From NCBI GenBank assembly GCA_963668025.2, contig CAXXTH010000012.1, positions 32,001 through 96,000 of the forward strand: a stretch of 64,000 nt of DNA. Reading direction: 5' to 3'. The position numbers and the translations under genes are program-made. Below, in pieces: positions 1 to 10,348 of the stretch. Origin of the DNA: Candidatus Hydrogenedentota bacterium. Its GTDB lineage: Bacteria; Hydrogenedentota; Hydrogenedentia; Hydrogenedentales; SLHB01. Every line of letters begins with the position of its first letter. The first letter of the stretch is position 1. The notes under the pieces were generated by a model, which was not told where the DNA came from, did not search any database, and saw only the letters and a list, made by a program, of their open reading frames with translations.

Positions 1-1
1 A

Positions 2-358
2 GCCCACCGCATCGAGCCTTTGCCGCAATTCTTGCTGGTCGATGGATTCGCCATACCGGGATGCGCCATACCACAGCAGCGAATTGTAAAAGGAGATTGC
101 CAGTCTCTTTCCATCGCCGCCGCGAGCATCGTGGCGAAAGTTGTCCGCGACCGCATCATGACTGAATTAGATCGGCGATTCCCCGAATATGGTTTCGCTC
201 GAAATAAGGGCTATGGCACCGGGGAGCACCTCGATGCGCTACGCAAGCATGGGCCGTGTCCCGTGCATCGTACCAGTTTCGCACCCATTTCTGGTATAGT
301 ACAGCAAGAGATGTTCAACGAGGCCGCCGAGGGTAATGCTGAATGGAACCGCGCGTAA
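2..358 (+). CDS. rnhB: Ribonuclease HII, 5'-truncated by window edge
   Basis: Frame is open from base 2. Motifs [40 protein letters not shown] are typical of RNase HII. Confidence 0.95.
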   Translation, partial: AHRIEPLPQFLLVDGFAIPGCAIPQQRIVKGDCQSLSIAAASIVAKVVRDRIMTELDRRFPEYGFARNKGYGTGEHLDALRKHGPCPVHRTSFAPISGIVQQEMFNEAAEGNAEWNRA

Positions 359-2034
359 GACGGGCCGTTATCGTTTGCATGCTGGCGCTGCTGATCGCAG
401 GCTGCCAGACTATGTCCACCCAGCGCGCTTCACGCGGATATGCGGGCGGTTCGCCGCGTGCGCAAGCCTATTCGCATTATATCGCCGCAGTCATCTATGA
501 ACGCCGGGGGCGCCTCGAGGACGCCATCATCGAGCTGCGCAGGGCGCTTCGCCAATCGCCCGATAACCTGAGGCTGCACCTCGAATTGATTTTGGCGTAC
601 CGCCAATTGGGCGATTTCGAGAGCGCCCGCACCATCTGCCAGCGGGCCACGGAACGCTGGCCCGAAGACCCTGCTCTATGGATGGTCTTGGGCTGGCTGA
701 ACCAGCAGCTCGACCAATATGACGCCGCCGTCGATAGCTATAGCCGCGCCGTGGCGCTCAAGCCCGGCGATACGGTGGGATATGCCCCCCTCATCCTCGC
801 GGCAGAAGAAGCCAACGACCTGGTGGCCGCTATTGATATCTACGAGAAATTGATCGAACTGCGCCCCGAATCCGCCTTGTTCCGCCTCCAGCTCGGCATT
901 ACCTTGGTGCGGGTGAATGATCTAGATAAGGCGAGGGCTTCTCTCGAAAAGGCCCTTGAACTCAAACCCACCTTATCCGAAGCGCGAAGCGTCCTCGGCT
1001 TGGTTTATCTCGATCTTAATCGGAATGAAGAGGCCATCCAGCAATTCGAGCAGTACCTCCAGGAGCAGCCGGATGATCCTTCCGCCATGGAAAACTTGGC
1101 GGCGGTATATGCCCGCCAGGGCCAATGGGACCGGGCTCTCGAAATAATCTGCGCTCTTCTTGAAACAGAAAACGCGGAGCCCATTCATACGCTGGAACAG
1201 ATTTACATCTTGCAGCGTTTAGGCCGGTTCAAAGAAGCTTCCACCGTAGCGCCGCCTAATGAAGCTCCCTTGTTTGGCACGGTGATGCGCGCTCTTTCCC
1301 ATCGGATGAATGGCGATCCCTATCGTATGCCCCTCGATACCCTCGATAAAGTCGAAGGCGATATAGACGAAGAATGCCAGTCTTTCCTCTCCGAAATCAT
1401 GCTGCTCTTTGGACAGAAAGACACGGGGGAATTTCTGGCACAAGGCATTGAAGGCATGCGGGCCGAAGGCGTGAAGTCTAAATGTGTGGACTTGCTGCTC
1501 GCCCGCATCTATATGGGCTTGGATCGGGATGCGGAAGCGGAACAGGTGCTGCTCGCCATACTGGCTGCGTACGGCTCCGACAAATGGGCGCATTACTATC
1601 TCTCCACCCTCTATGATGACGCCAAGCGCAGTCCCGAAGCGGAACAGCATCTTATCGAGTGCCTTTCGCTCGATCCGCTCGATCCGGAAATCAAGAATTT
1701 TCTTGCCTATATGTATGCCGAACAGGGCGTCAAATTGGATGAGGCGGAGCGCTTGATCTTGCAAGCCCTCGAGATTGACCCCACCAACGGCTATTATCTG
1801 GATAGCTTAGGCTGGGTGTATTATAAAATGGGCGACGCCGAACGCGCGGTGGATTATATCCGCCGCGCTATTTTCAGCATGAAAAATGATGACGCCACCT
1901 TGCGTGATCACTTGGGCGATGCGTATTTCCTGCGGGGCGACAAAGACAAAGCCGTGGCGGAGTGGAAGCGAGCCGGCCGGCTCGATCCGGAACTCGAAGG
2001 CGTCCAGCAAAAGATCGAGCAGTACGAGAAATAA
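343..2034 (+). CDS. Tetratricopeptide-repeat lipoprotein
   Basis: Signal peptide with lipobox LIAGC; many TPR units; C-terminal N.LAY.YAE / [11 protein letters not shown] / DHLGDAY repeats. Confidence 0.9.
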   Translation: MEPRVRRAVIVCMLALLIAGCQTMSTQRASRGYAGGSPRAQAYSHYIAAVIYERRGRLEDAIIELRRALRQSPDNLRLHLELILAYRQLGDFESARTICQRATERWPEDPALWMVLGWLNQQLDQYDAAVDSYSRAVALKPGDTVGYAPLILAAEEANDLVAAIDIYEKLIELRPESALFRLQLGITLVRVNDLDKARASLEKALELKPTLSEARSVLGLVYLDLNRNEEAIQQFEQYLQEQPDDPSAMENLAAVYARQGQWDRALEIICALLETENAEPIHTLEQIYILQRLGRFKEASTVAPPNEAPLFGTVMRALSHRMNGDPYRMPLDTLDKVEGDIDEECQSFLSEIMLLFGQKDTGEFLAQGIEGMRAEGVKSKCVDLLLARIYMGLDRDAEAEQVLLAILAAYGSDKWAHYYLSTLYDDAKRSPEAEQHLIECLSLDPLDPEIKNFLAYMYAEQGVKLDEAERLILQALEIDPTNGYYLDSLGWVYYKMGDAERAVDYIRRAIFSMKNDDATLRDHLGDAYFLRGDKDKAVAEWKRAGRLDPELEGVQQKIEQYEK

Positions 2035-2129
2035 ACCGCCTTCACGCTGAGGCAGTGACGCAACCAAAGTGTTTCGTTTTTTTGCCGCGAATGAACGCGA
2101 ATATATCCTCTAACATGTTTTTGCATCTC

Positions 2130-2181
2130 CCGTGGCGTGGGCGTCCCGGCCATGCATATGGGCAGGACGGCCACGCCACGG
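2130..2181. repeat. REP-like palindrome (GTAG/GTGG type)
   Basis: ccgtggcgtgggcgtcc...ggacggccacgccacgg is a near-perfect inverted repeat; a related copy in the opposite orientation lies at ~29943-29989. Confidence 0.75.
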
Positions 2182-2236
2182 AAGGCATTCTTCAACAAAT
2201 CATAACGTTTCCACTGGGGCGAGCGGCGCTTCTTTC

Positions 2237-3706
2237 CTATTCCAGTGCTATCGCTTGGAGCATTGCCGGTTGAGCGCCCTTCGCCCGGATAGTGACGGTG
2301 ATTTGTCCGTGGCTATTTGGTGTCACATCCTCGGCGCGGATGTCGATGGACCGGTTTTTCCCTCCCGCCGCTTGTAGCGGATCGAAACTGGAATAGAACA
2401 CCCGGCCATTCACCTCGATGTCCATTGGCCGTTCACCTGCTTGTTCGAGCCACATCTCGGCAAATTTCATCCGCACGTTGTAGAGTCCCGCAGGCATATC
2501 GAATGTGTAGGTTATTTCCTTGCCCACTCGAGCCGTCTGGTAGAGCGGATAATCATAGAGCGTCGGCGTCGCTAGAATGACCTCGCCGTTTGAAGAAAGC
2601 GGCTCGCCCGAGGCCGCATCTTTCGCCCAGACCGAGTTGTTCCAATCCACGAAGCTTTCACCACCACAATTCAAGTACACTTCCGGTTTCATTTGCGGCA
2701 GGATCTCGATGGCCTTGAGAAGCGCTTCTTTGGTTGTCTGGAGCGGCTCCCAGCCGCCGGTCAAACGCAATACGATGTTTCCTTCCGCATCAGGAACGAC
2801 ATAGGAAACGAGGCGCTCAAACGCTTTATTTACGCCTCGGCTCGCTTGTGCGATATCGTAGTTATGAAGCTCTCGTGCGCCGTTGACATATAGATCGAAA
2901 GGACGCTCGAACGACCACTCTTTCTCGGTCTCGGCGAATTTAAGGCGCACCGTGTAGATGCCGTCCGGCACAGGAATGCGGTAGGTGAAATCCTTGCCTT
3001 GGCGCCCATGCGCGTACAGCTCCGTATCTTCAAGTGATGGATATGCGCCGGAGACTGGCTTATTCGATAGGACGGCGCGGCCGCCTTTGAAACAGGTATC
3101 CGCCGACCAGGTATTTCCGGATGAATCCGTGTACTCTTTCTCGGAACCGCAGAGAATCCGAATGACCGCACCACCGAATTGCGGTGCGGGCTCTAGATAT
3201 TGGATTGTGGGCATCCAAGCGAGCACGCCATCGTCTTCGGTCATGGATTTATCCAAGACAAATCGCAGCTCATCTCCCTCTTGGATATCAAGCTGGAGCG
3301 TATGCGCCGCGCCTACAAGGTCGCCACCCGCGATCTCCGCCCAGCCGGAATCCGGCCAGATTACATCGGCGTTACGCATGATCCGGACCTTCATCGGAGA
3401 AGTCTTCGAGCGGGTGTAATAATCCCGGAATGCCCGGCCTACAACGCTGATCTTCCCAGCGCGAGGGGCCGTCCACTTGCGCACACTCGCCCATCCGGGC
3501 GTCGAGGCCTGCCATCCCCGGCTGACTTTGGCCACGGGCTTTCCGTTTGCCTCTTCGGGCTTTTCGGACATCCACACTCCGGACAAGCCGCCCGGCTGCA
3601 TGCAATTTCCGCCATATTCGATGGCTTTAATGCCTTCATGCGGCACGATTACCATCGGTTCGTACGTGGCGAAATCAACGGTTTTCTCCGCCTGCCAGCC
3701 TTCCCG
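2237..3706 (-). CDS. C-terminal part (beta-sandwich plus two malectin-like domains) of a frameshifted multidomain glycoside hydrolase
   Basis: Two malectin-like repeats (ILCGS..Y.D..G..W.AD; Y.V...GIYTVRLKFAE....ERPFD..VNG). Protein-like sequence begins at REGWQAE and joins the upstream ORF if one base at ~3707 is removed. Confidence 0.8.
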   Translation of the reverse strand, partial: REGWQAEKTVDFATYEPMVIVPHEGIKAIEYGGNCMQPGGLSGVWMSEKPEEANGKPVAKVSRGWQASTPGWASVRKWTAPRAGKISVVGRAFRDYYTRSKTSPMKVRIMRNADVIWPDSGWAEIAGGDLVGAAHTLQLDIQEGDELRFVLDKSMTEDDGVLAWMPTIQYLEPAPQFGGAVIRILCGSEKEYTDSSGNTWSADTCFKGGRAVLSNKPVSGAYPSLEDTELYAHGRQGKDFTYRIPVPDGIYTVRLKFAETEKEWSFERPFDLYVNGARELHNYDIAQASRGVNKAFERLVSYVVPDAEGNIVLRLTGGWEPLQTTKEALLKAIEILPQMKPEVYLNCGGESFVDWNNSVWAKDAASGEPLSSNGEVILATPTLYDYPLYQTARVGKEITYTFDMPAGLYNVRMKFAEMWLEQAGERPMDIEVNGRVFYSSFDPLQAAGGKNRSIDIRAEDVTPNSHGQITVTIRAKGAQPAMLQAIALE

Positions 3707-6632
3707 CGCCAGGCTCGTCAAACTGGCCTCCCAACACGGCGTAGGTAAACGGTTTGCCTTCCATCGAGGATGCATCAAGCCAGCCACTTGCGTTGCCGTC
3801 GCCGTCGATGGTTCGCACTGCATAGGCGGCGTCAATACCATAGCCGATGGAACGGTCAAAATAGAATGTGCCTGTGCCCGCCCGGCCAAGCACTTTACCG
3901 TCGCGCGCGATTTCATAGTAGCTGATCCAGTTATTATCCACACCCGGAGACCAATAGACGCCGATACCTGAGAAACCCAAATTGGTTTCGTAGCGTTTGA
4001 AAGCGCGCCCAGGCTCGGATGGGGGCTGGCTGTCGCGTTCGTTTCCAGGAATATCCGGCAAACCCAAATAAATCACTTCGGCAGGTTTCTGCCGTTTGAT
4101 GCCGATGCCGTTGGCCATCAGGTCTTTTCCACTGCGCTTGACGAGTGATGTGGCGTTTTCAAAACCTACTGTATATTCGTGGCCCGCTATCAATCCCTTT
4201 GGATAAATAGTCACGGCATGATCCGTGCGATGCTTTAAGATGATGCAGGCGCGCTCCCGGTCGTGGCTGAGCCGTTGGAAATAGTAGATCGGATTATCTC
4301 CGTCCACCTTGGGCCGTTCCACGTAGCTCCACCGGCCCGCGACGCCTTGGCCAACTAAATAATGATAGATTTCCGCGTTGCGGCGGACCGCTTCGCGGTC
4401 ATATGGGTGCCTCGCATCGGGCCATGGCTGGAGCGAATCATAGCGGTCGCTGGCTTTTGCCGATGGCGGAACCAGCGCCTTGAAGAGATCATTATGGCGC
4501 TTACGGGCTTCATCGAAGCGATGGGTCATGTATGCCCAAGACACAGCGCTAGTCAGTTGGTTGCGGTCCGCGTCTGGATTGAAGACGCCCAATCCGCCCC
4601 ACATCGTGACGATATCGAGCCATTTATCGGGCGTATCGAGAAGTGATGCGTAATAATTGGTTTCATCATTTCGTCCATAGTCCGCGAGATAATTAATCGA
4701 AGTAAGCCGCTGGATATCGAAATTGTGGGAATAGGTGCCTCCAAAGGCGCAGGTGTGATACGCGCATCGTGGGAAGTTGCTGAGCAACTGCTCGACCATC
4801 TGCTTCCATTCACGCTCGACCTGAAAACTGGGGAAGGTCACGCTGTCGGTGCGCCATTCGAAATTGCCCCAGCTTCCCACGTAATTCGTGAGCTGGCCGA
4901 GATCGGGATTCCCGGCGATCCAGAGGTTCCAGTCCATCTGTTGCTTTTCAATCGTGCGCAACATCGGGGCGAAATCAGGGCCATCCTTGGGTTTCCAGAA
5001 GTCCGGTTTCGGAGTGCCGGGCGTGGGTTCGGTGACGGTCCACCCGGCGTCGTCCCATATCATGTCATACCCCATATCACGCGCGTTCTCGATGCTCTCC
5101 ATGCCGCTGGCCGACACCCGCCCCGTGAACTGGTCTTGTAGGTTGAGGCCGCTCACAAACCACTCGGTCGCCCAGCGCGCCCGGGCGTAATGGTCGTAGT
5201 TGGTCATATCCCACATGTATGCATACTGCCAGTCATACACATGGCGGCTCATGTCGTCCAGCGTATTTTCAAACACCCCAAGGACAAGAGATGGAAGCGA
5301 GATTTTTTCGCTCGGAGCGAGCCGGTAATCGGCCAGCTCCGCCACATTCGCGCTCATTTCCACGGTGCTTCCATCCGGGCTGGCGGTTTTTAGAGTCCAT
5401 TTGCCGATATATTCGAGCGATGTGAAAAGCCCGCCGCGCTCTCCTGTCGTAAGGCCCAGCCAGGGCAAGAATGGAGAAGTGGCTGTTCCGTTCAGGATCT
5501 TTTCGGTTCCCGTCGTGATTTTCTCCGTCGAGAGGCCAATAGAGCCTTCATACGTCATCCAATAGAGATTTCCCGGCGAGTTCGCCAAATCCAGGCGCAG
5601 TTGGAAGGGCTTGTATTCAGGCAGAAGCGCGACGCTATCCGTCGTGTTCACCAGATAATTGTCTAGCCGTATGATAGGCGTGCCGGGAAATGCGGTCAGA
5701 TGGACCTGCATATCGCAAGCTCCGTTCGACAGGTCGAATATCAGCGCGGCCGCAGGGCGGCCTCCGACGCGGACAAGCGCAGTGGAACTATCCCGGAGAG
5801 TCCATTCATTTTTAAAGGGGATTTGGCTTTCTTCAGCAGGTTTGGGCGTTGCCCTGATCACGCTCAAATCGACCGCGCTTGCCGCCATGTGATTGGCATT
5901 CTTGGCGGACCCCGAGAGTGTGACCACGCCGTCCTTGGGCGCAATCCATAGCCTCAGGGCATGATGGTTATCCGACGGATGCAGGTAGGTTCCATTCACG
6001 TGAGGGCAGTTTCCGGGCACGCGAAACGCGGAGGTATTACTAGGGATTCGAACTACGCCAACCGGCTCGAAAGACTCGGACGAATCCATCTCCTCAATAC
6101 ACGATTGTTCGGGAGAATAGACGCCATATTTCCATACAGGCCCTTGTTCCAAGGCCTTGTCGTCAGCAGAAACATACTGTTCGCCGTCCGCATATTGGAC
6201 GGTAGTGGCCCATTCGGTTTCGTCGAACGAATACCCACCCGCCGGGCCCACGGCGAATCCAATAAGATCGCCTTTCCTTACCTCCAACTGGAGCGTAGCA
6301 GGATCCAGCACGGCGGTCTGGTCGCCCAGCATGCGCGTATTCCAAAGTGTTTCAATGTTATATTTCGATGTACAGGGGGATGCTGGCCCGAAATCGAATA
6401 ACGGCGGTTCATCGCCTGAGACATATTCAATCGCGTTCTTATTCGTTTTATTCTGGAGGCTTTTAAGGACAAGGCCGTTGTTAGCATATTCGAGCTGTAG
6501 CTCAATTAAGGAAGTGCCAATGGTGAACGAATTCCCGGCCTTATCGGCCTTGGCATACGCATCCGGCCACATGGCCTCGGTAGCGAGTGGCGACACTATC
6601 ATCGCGAAGGCCAGCATAGTAGTAGTTGCCAT
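3675..6632 (-). CDS. Secreted GH36/GH27-like (alpha-galactosidase clan) glycoside hydrolase with Fn3-like domain; N-terminal part of frameshifted gene
   Basis: Signal peptide; GH36-N-like sandwich; barrel motifs IWDDAGW and WRTD; Fn3-like ISYYEIARDG...YAVRTIDGDGNAS. The last ~10 aa are out-of-frame read-through. Confidence 0.7.
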   Translation of the reverse strand: MATTTMLAFAMIVSPLATEAMWPDAYAKADKAGNSFTIGTSLIELQLEYANNGLVLKSLQNKTNKNAIEYVSGDEPPLFDFGPASPCTSKYNIETLWNTRMLGDQTAVLDPATLQLEVRKGDLIGFAVGPAGGYSFDETEWATTVQYADGEQYVSADDKALEQGPVWKYGVYSPEQSCIEEMDSSESFEPVGVVRIPSNTSAFRVPGNCPHVNGTYLHPSDNHHALRLWIAPKDGVVTLSGSAKNANHMAASAVDLSVIRATPKPAEESQIPFKNEWTLRDSSTALVRVGGRPAAALIFDLSNGACDMQVHLTAFPGTPIIRLDNYLVNTTDSVALLPEYKPFQLRLDLANSPGNLYWMTYEGSIGLSTEKITTGTEKILNGTATSPFLPWLGLTTGERGGLFTSLEYIGKWTLKTASPDGSTVEMSANVAELADYRLAPSEKISLPSLVLGVFENTLDDMSRHVYDWQYAYMWDMTNYDHYARARWATEWFVSGLNLQDQFTGRVSASGMESIENARDMGYDMIWDDAGWTVTEPTPGTPKPDFWKPKDGPDFAPMLRTIEKQQMDWNLWIAGNPDLGQLTNYVGSWGNFEWRTDSVTFPSFQVEREWKQMVEQLLSNFPRCAYHTCAFGGTYSHNFDIQRLTSINYLADYGRNDETNYYASLLDTPDKWLDIVTMWGGLGVFNPDADRNQLTSAVSWAYMTHRFDEARKRHNDLFKALVPPSAKASDRYDSLQPWPDARHPYDREAVRRNAEIYHYLVGQGVAGRWSYVERPKVDGDNPIYYFQRLSHDRERACIILKHRTDHAVTIYPKGLIAGHEYTVGFENATSLVKRSGKDLMANGIGIKRQKPAEVIYLGLPDIPGNERDSQPPSEPGRAFKRYETNLGFSGIGVYWSPGVDNNWISYYEIARDGKVLGRAGTGTFYFDRSIGYGIDAAYAVRTIDGDGNASGWLDASSMEGKPFTYAVLGGQFDEPGAGRLAGGENR

Positions 6633-6709
6633 TTTCCGCTTCTCCTCATTTTTATGTGTCCATCATAGGTATATGGAAAGGCGATACTGAAGCTCCTGTC
6701 CTCCATATG

Positions 6710-8464
6710 TTATATCGCGCCTCGGGACTTCAGCTCCTCATATGTTCCCACGTCCGCGATCTCCCCGTGGTTCAAGACATATATGCGGTCCGCAAACCGC
6801 ACGGCGCTTGGCGTATGCGTAATGAAAAGAACGGTTTTCCCCAAGAAGTCGCGGCGTATGGCTTGATACACCCGCAACTGGGAATCGATATCCACGGAGG
6901 CCAGCGGTTCATCGAGCATCAATACATCCGATTCACGGGCGAGCGCGCGAGCAATCGTCAGGCGCTGTTTCTGTCCTCCCGACAGATTGCCGCCTTCATC
7001 CATGGGCGTATCAAGCCCGTCTGGCAGCTCATCGATAAATTCGGCGCAATCCGATGCTTCCAAGGCCGCACGCAGTTTCTCCGCCGAAACGCTTCCCGAA
7101 GCGCCGTAAACGATATTTTCATGCAGAGTGCCGGGAAAGACTTGGGGATTTTGCATCACCACCCCGAGCCGGCGCCGGTAGTAATCCGCATCCATATCGC
7201 GCAAGTCCACGCCATCCACCCGTATCGCGCCCGAGCCAGGATCGCGAAAACGCAGGAGCAATCCGAGCAGAGTGGATTTTCCACAGCCCGAATGGCCAAT
7301 GAACGCGACGTGCTCGCCAGGTTCAATCGTAAATGACACGTTTTTCAACACGGTCTCGCCGTTATACTGGAAATTCACGCCCTCGCATTCGATACGGCCC
7401 AGCAAACGGCTGGGGCGGACCGGCTTGGCCTTTTCAGGAATACGGCTGCGAACATTCAATATATCCAGCACCCGTTCGGCGGCCACCATTTCCCGGCAAA
7501 GCGTTTGGTAATTTAAAATAACAGTCGAGATGGGAACCAAACCCATTTGGATAAGCCCGACAAGCGCAATCCATTGGCCCAGGGTGATTTGTCCGGCGAT
7601 ATGCAAGTATCCAAGCACATACCCCATGCTAGCGGAGAAGATCGTGGCCAAGCCAGCCGGGCAGATCAGCCCCTCCTGAATGCCTTCAAAGACAAACCAG
7701 GCATATAATGACCGCAAAAATGGGCTAAGGAAAGATTGATATCGCTGGGCTTCATCTTCTTCTCGTGCGGATACTTTTACTACGGCCACGTGGGTATAGG
7801 TTTCTTGCAAGTGCGCCGTCACGCGCGAACGCGCTTCGCGCATTGAACGATCCGAGCGCCGCCATAATTTGGTGAAATACTGGGTGATCAGCACATAGGG
7901 TGGGAAAAACAAGGCGATAGCCACTGCGGGACGCCAGTCAATGAAGAGGGTGATGGAGATCATGAGGAGGCCTTGCAATACCATCGCCGCCGCCGTGGGC
8001 AGCGACACTCCTAGCATGCGCGCCGTGTCGTGGGTATCGGTGAATGTGCGGAAAATCCGCTCGCCCACGGAATGCTTCGTATGAAACGCCATGGACATAT
8101 CGAGCATATGGTTATAAAAATCCCGGCCTAAATCACGCAGGATTTCCATTTTCAAATTAAACCGGATAAAGCCCTCGATCAGGAAATTGCTGTCGCGCAG
8201 CACTGCTCCGAGGAATCCCCCGGTCACGAATAGCGCCACCCAGAAATATTTGCCCCGGGGTAACACCTCGTCCAGCAGGATGATGCTTAATACCGCTATC
8301 AGGGAACTTATGACAGCTCCCACGATGGGCGTCAAGAGGAACACGAGGATGAGCTTGGGCCAATGCCTGCGGTAATAGGGGGCATACCTGCGAATGACCC
8401 GGATTTGTTGCAGCAAGCTCGCACTTTCCGTGGGTGCGGCGGCCTGGGTTTCTGGAACGCTCAT
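6710..8464 (-). CDS. ABC transporter fused permease/ATP-binding protein (exporter fold, MsbA-like)
   Basis: N-terminal TM domain; Walker A GHSGCGKST, signature LSGGQKQ, Walker B LMLDE, H-switch ITH. Confidence 0.93.
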   Translation of the reverse strand: MSVPETQAAAPTESASLLQQIRVIRRYAPYYRRHWPKLILVFLLTPIVGAVISSLIAVLSIILLDEVLPRGKYFWVALFVTGGFLGAVLRDSNFLIEGFIRFNLKMEILRDLGRDFYNHMLDMSMAFHTKHSVGERIFRTFTDTHDTARMLGVSLPTAAAMVLQGLLMISITLFIDWRPAVAIALFFPPYVLITQYFTKLWRRSDRSMREARSRVTAHLQETYTHVAVVKVSAREEDEAQRYQSFLSPFLRSLYAWFVFEGIQEGLICPAGLATIFSASMGYVLGYLHIAGQITLGQWIALVGLIQMGLVPISTVILNYQTLCREMVAAERVLDILNVRSRIPEKAKPVRPSRLLGRIECEGVNFQYNGETVLKNVSFTIEPGEHVAFIGHSGCGKSTLLGLLLRFRDPGSGAIRVDGVDLRDMDADYYRRRLGVVMQNPQVFPGTLHENIVYGASGSVSAEKLRAALEASDCAEFIDELPDGLDTPMDEGGNLSGGQKQRLTIARALARESDVLMLDEPLASVDIDSQLRVYQAIRRDFLGKTVLFITHTPSAVRFADRIYVLNHGEIADVGTYEELKSRGAI

Positions 8465-10308
8465 GTTTCGACCTCCCCAGCTTGTGAATGGCCGCTTTCA
8501 CCCAGCTCCGTCTGCATGGACCATAAGGTGCAATAAAGCCCCTGCTTGTCGAGAAGCTCCTCATGGCTGCCTTCTTCCCACACGATTCCTTGATTCAACA
8601 CGATGATCCGATCCAGGCTGTGCAACGTAAGTAAATCGTGGGAAATGAACAGCGCCGTTTTGCCTGCGGCGGCGGCGTCAATACCCTCGACAATGGCATG
8701 CTTTGCTTCAGGATCCGCTAAGGCCGTCGGCTCATCCAGGAGGGCCACATTCGGAGCGCCCGCCATACATCGAGCCACGGCCACACATTGGCGCTGGCCA
8801 AGCGATAAGCTCCCGCTGCCTTCCAGCAATGTATCCAATCCATTCGGCAAACTATGAACTGCCTCTTCGAGATTCGTACTCCGCAGCACCTCATCCAAAT
8901 TCAACATGTCGTTGTCTCGAACGCCATACAGGATATTTTCGCGCAAGGTGCGCTCGAAAATGACCGGCGATTGAAGCACAATGCCGAACTGCCTGCGATA
9001 CTCCGCCAGCCGGTATGTGCGGATATCACGGCCATCCACGAGGATGCGCCCGCTGTCGGGTTCATAGAACCGTAATATCAGGTTGAGAATCGTGGATTTG
9101 CCAATGCCAGACGGCCCTACGAAGGCCACGCGGCTGCCCGCCGTAATCTTGAATGAAACGCCCTTGAGCACCGTTTTGCCTGGTGAATAAGAAAACCAGA
9201 CATTCTCGAATTCGATATCGCCGCGAAGAGGTTCCGTGAGCGCCACCGCATCTGGCGCGTCTTGCACGCGATCATCAAGGTCGAGGAGATGCAGAATTCG
9301 CTCCGCGGGAATCATGCGCAAGCGGATCATTTGGTAATAGTTCAACAGAATCCCGAGGGGAACGATCGCTTGAATAATGAGCAACGAGAGGGCTTGCCAC
9401 TGGCCGAGGGTTATGCTCCCCGAGATTACCCAAAAAGCGCAAAGGCCGATGATATAGGTCGCTACAGCCGCGGGCATGCTCGATGGCCAAACAATCACGA
9501 TACTGACTTGATGCAGGAAGAAATAGATCATGTTGGCGGTGCTATAGCCGACCAAGGCGCGGAAATATTGGAGCATCGTCTTTTTGCGCGCCCCATGTGA
9601 ATATACCACCGAGATGTTGGAGAGGCTTTGTTCGATGAACGACGTGAGTTTCTGGCCTTGAATTCGTTGGCGCAGGTCGATTTTACGGTAATAGTTGAAA
9701 AATTGCTGCGCGATAAATAGAAATACTGGTGAACAGGCAACGGCAATTGCAATAGGCCGCCAGTCGATAAGGCAAACGGCCACGATGGTCACCAAGAATT
9801 GGCATAAATATAACGCCGTCATGGGAAACGCGGAGCCCAGCAATTCCGCCGTATCAAGTATATCGGTATCGGACCGGAAGATTTTCTCGCCCACGGGCGT
9901 GGTTTGGTGGTAGCGCATGTTTAGGTCGAGCATGTTGCGGTAGAAGCGCCGGCCCAGCACTTCGATCACCCGCTTGCGAAGATGGGCATTCGTCGCATTT
10001 CGCACCATGACCAATAAGAAACGTTCGAGCACTATCATGGATACGGCAGTTCCACCGAAGATGGCAAGCAAGACAACAGAGTGCCTCGGGAAAGCCACAT
10101 CAATGATCATGCGATGGCACAAGGCGGGCACGACCGTGATGACCGCGCCCGCTAATGGCAAAATAACAATCAACAAGACCAGCTCAGGCCAATTGGGAAG
10201 CAAAATCGGCAGATACCGCTTGAGCAGCTTCACCGTGCGGCTAAAAGAAAGCGGTGGTGCTGTGGATTCGATGCTTGCCTGTTTTGCTGCCGCTTCCTGT
10301 GCGCTCAT
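8461..10308 (-). CDS. ABC transporter fused permease/ATP-binding protein (exporter fold), partner subunit
   Basis: TM domain; Walker A GPSGIGKST, variant signature LSLGQRQ, ALLDE, ISH; 4-nt overlap with the downstream paralog. Confidence 0.93.
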   Translation of the reverse strand: MSAQEAAAKQASIESTAPPLSFSRTVKLLKRYLPILLPNWPELVLLIVILPLAGAVITVVPALCHRMIIDVAFPRHSVVLLAIFGGTAVSMIVLERFLLVMVRNATNAHLRKRVIEVLGRRFYRNMLDLNMRYHQTTPVGEKIFRSDTDILDTAELLGSAFPMTALYLCQFLVTIVAVCLIDWRPIAIAVACSPVFLFIAQQFFNYYRKIDLRQRIQGQKLTSFIEQSLSNISVVYSHGARKKTMLQYFRALVGYSTANMIYFFLHQVSIVIVWPSSMPAAVATYIIGLCAFWVISGSITLGQWQALSLLIIQAIVPLGILLNYYQMIRLRMIPAERILHLLDLDDRVQDAPDAVALTEPLRGDIEFENVWFSYSPGKTVLKGVSFKITAGSRVAFVGPSGIGKSTILNLILRFYEPDSGRILVDGRDIRTYRLAEYRRQFGIVLQSPVIFERTLRENILYGVRDNDMLNLDEVLRSTNLEEAVHSLPNGLDTLLEGSGSLSLGQRQCVAVARCMAGAPNVALLDEPTALADPEAKHAIVEGIDAAAAGKTALFISHDLLTLHSLDRIIVLNQGIVWEEGSHEELLDKQGLYCTLWSMQTELGESGHSQAGEVET

Positions 10309-10348
10309 GTCTTGCTCATATCCTTGATAGCCCGGTAATCATATAGCT

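Noticed and set aside
3700-3712. Programmed ribosomal frameshift
   Set aside because: No slippery heptamer or stimulatory structure seen; a second +1 lesion in a homopolymer at ~24207 favours sequence error or mutation.
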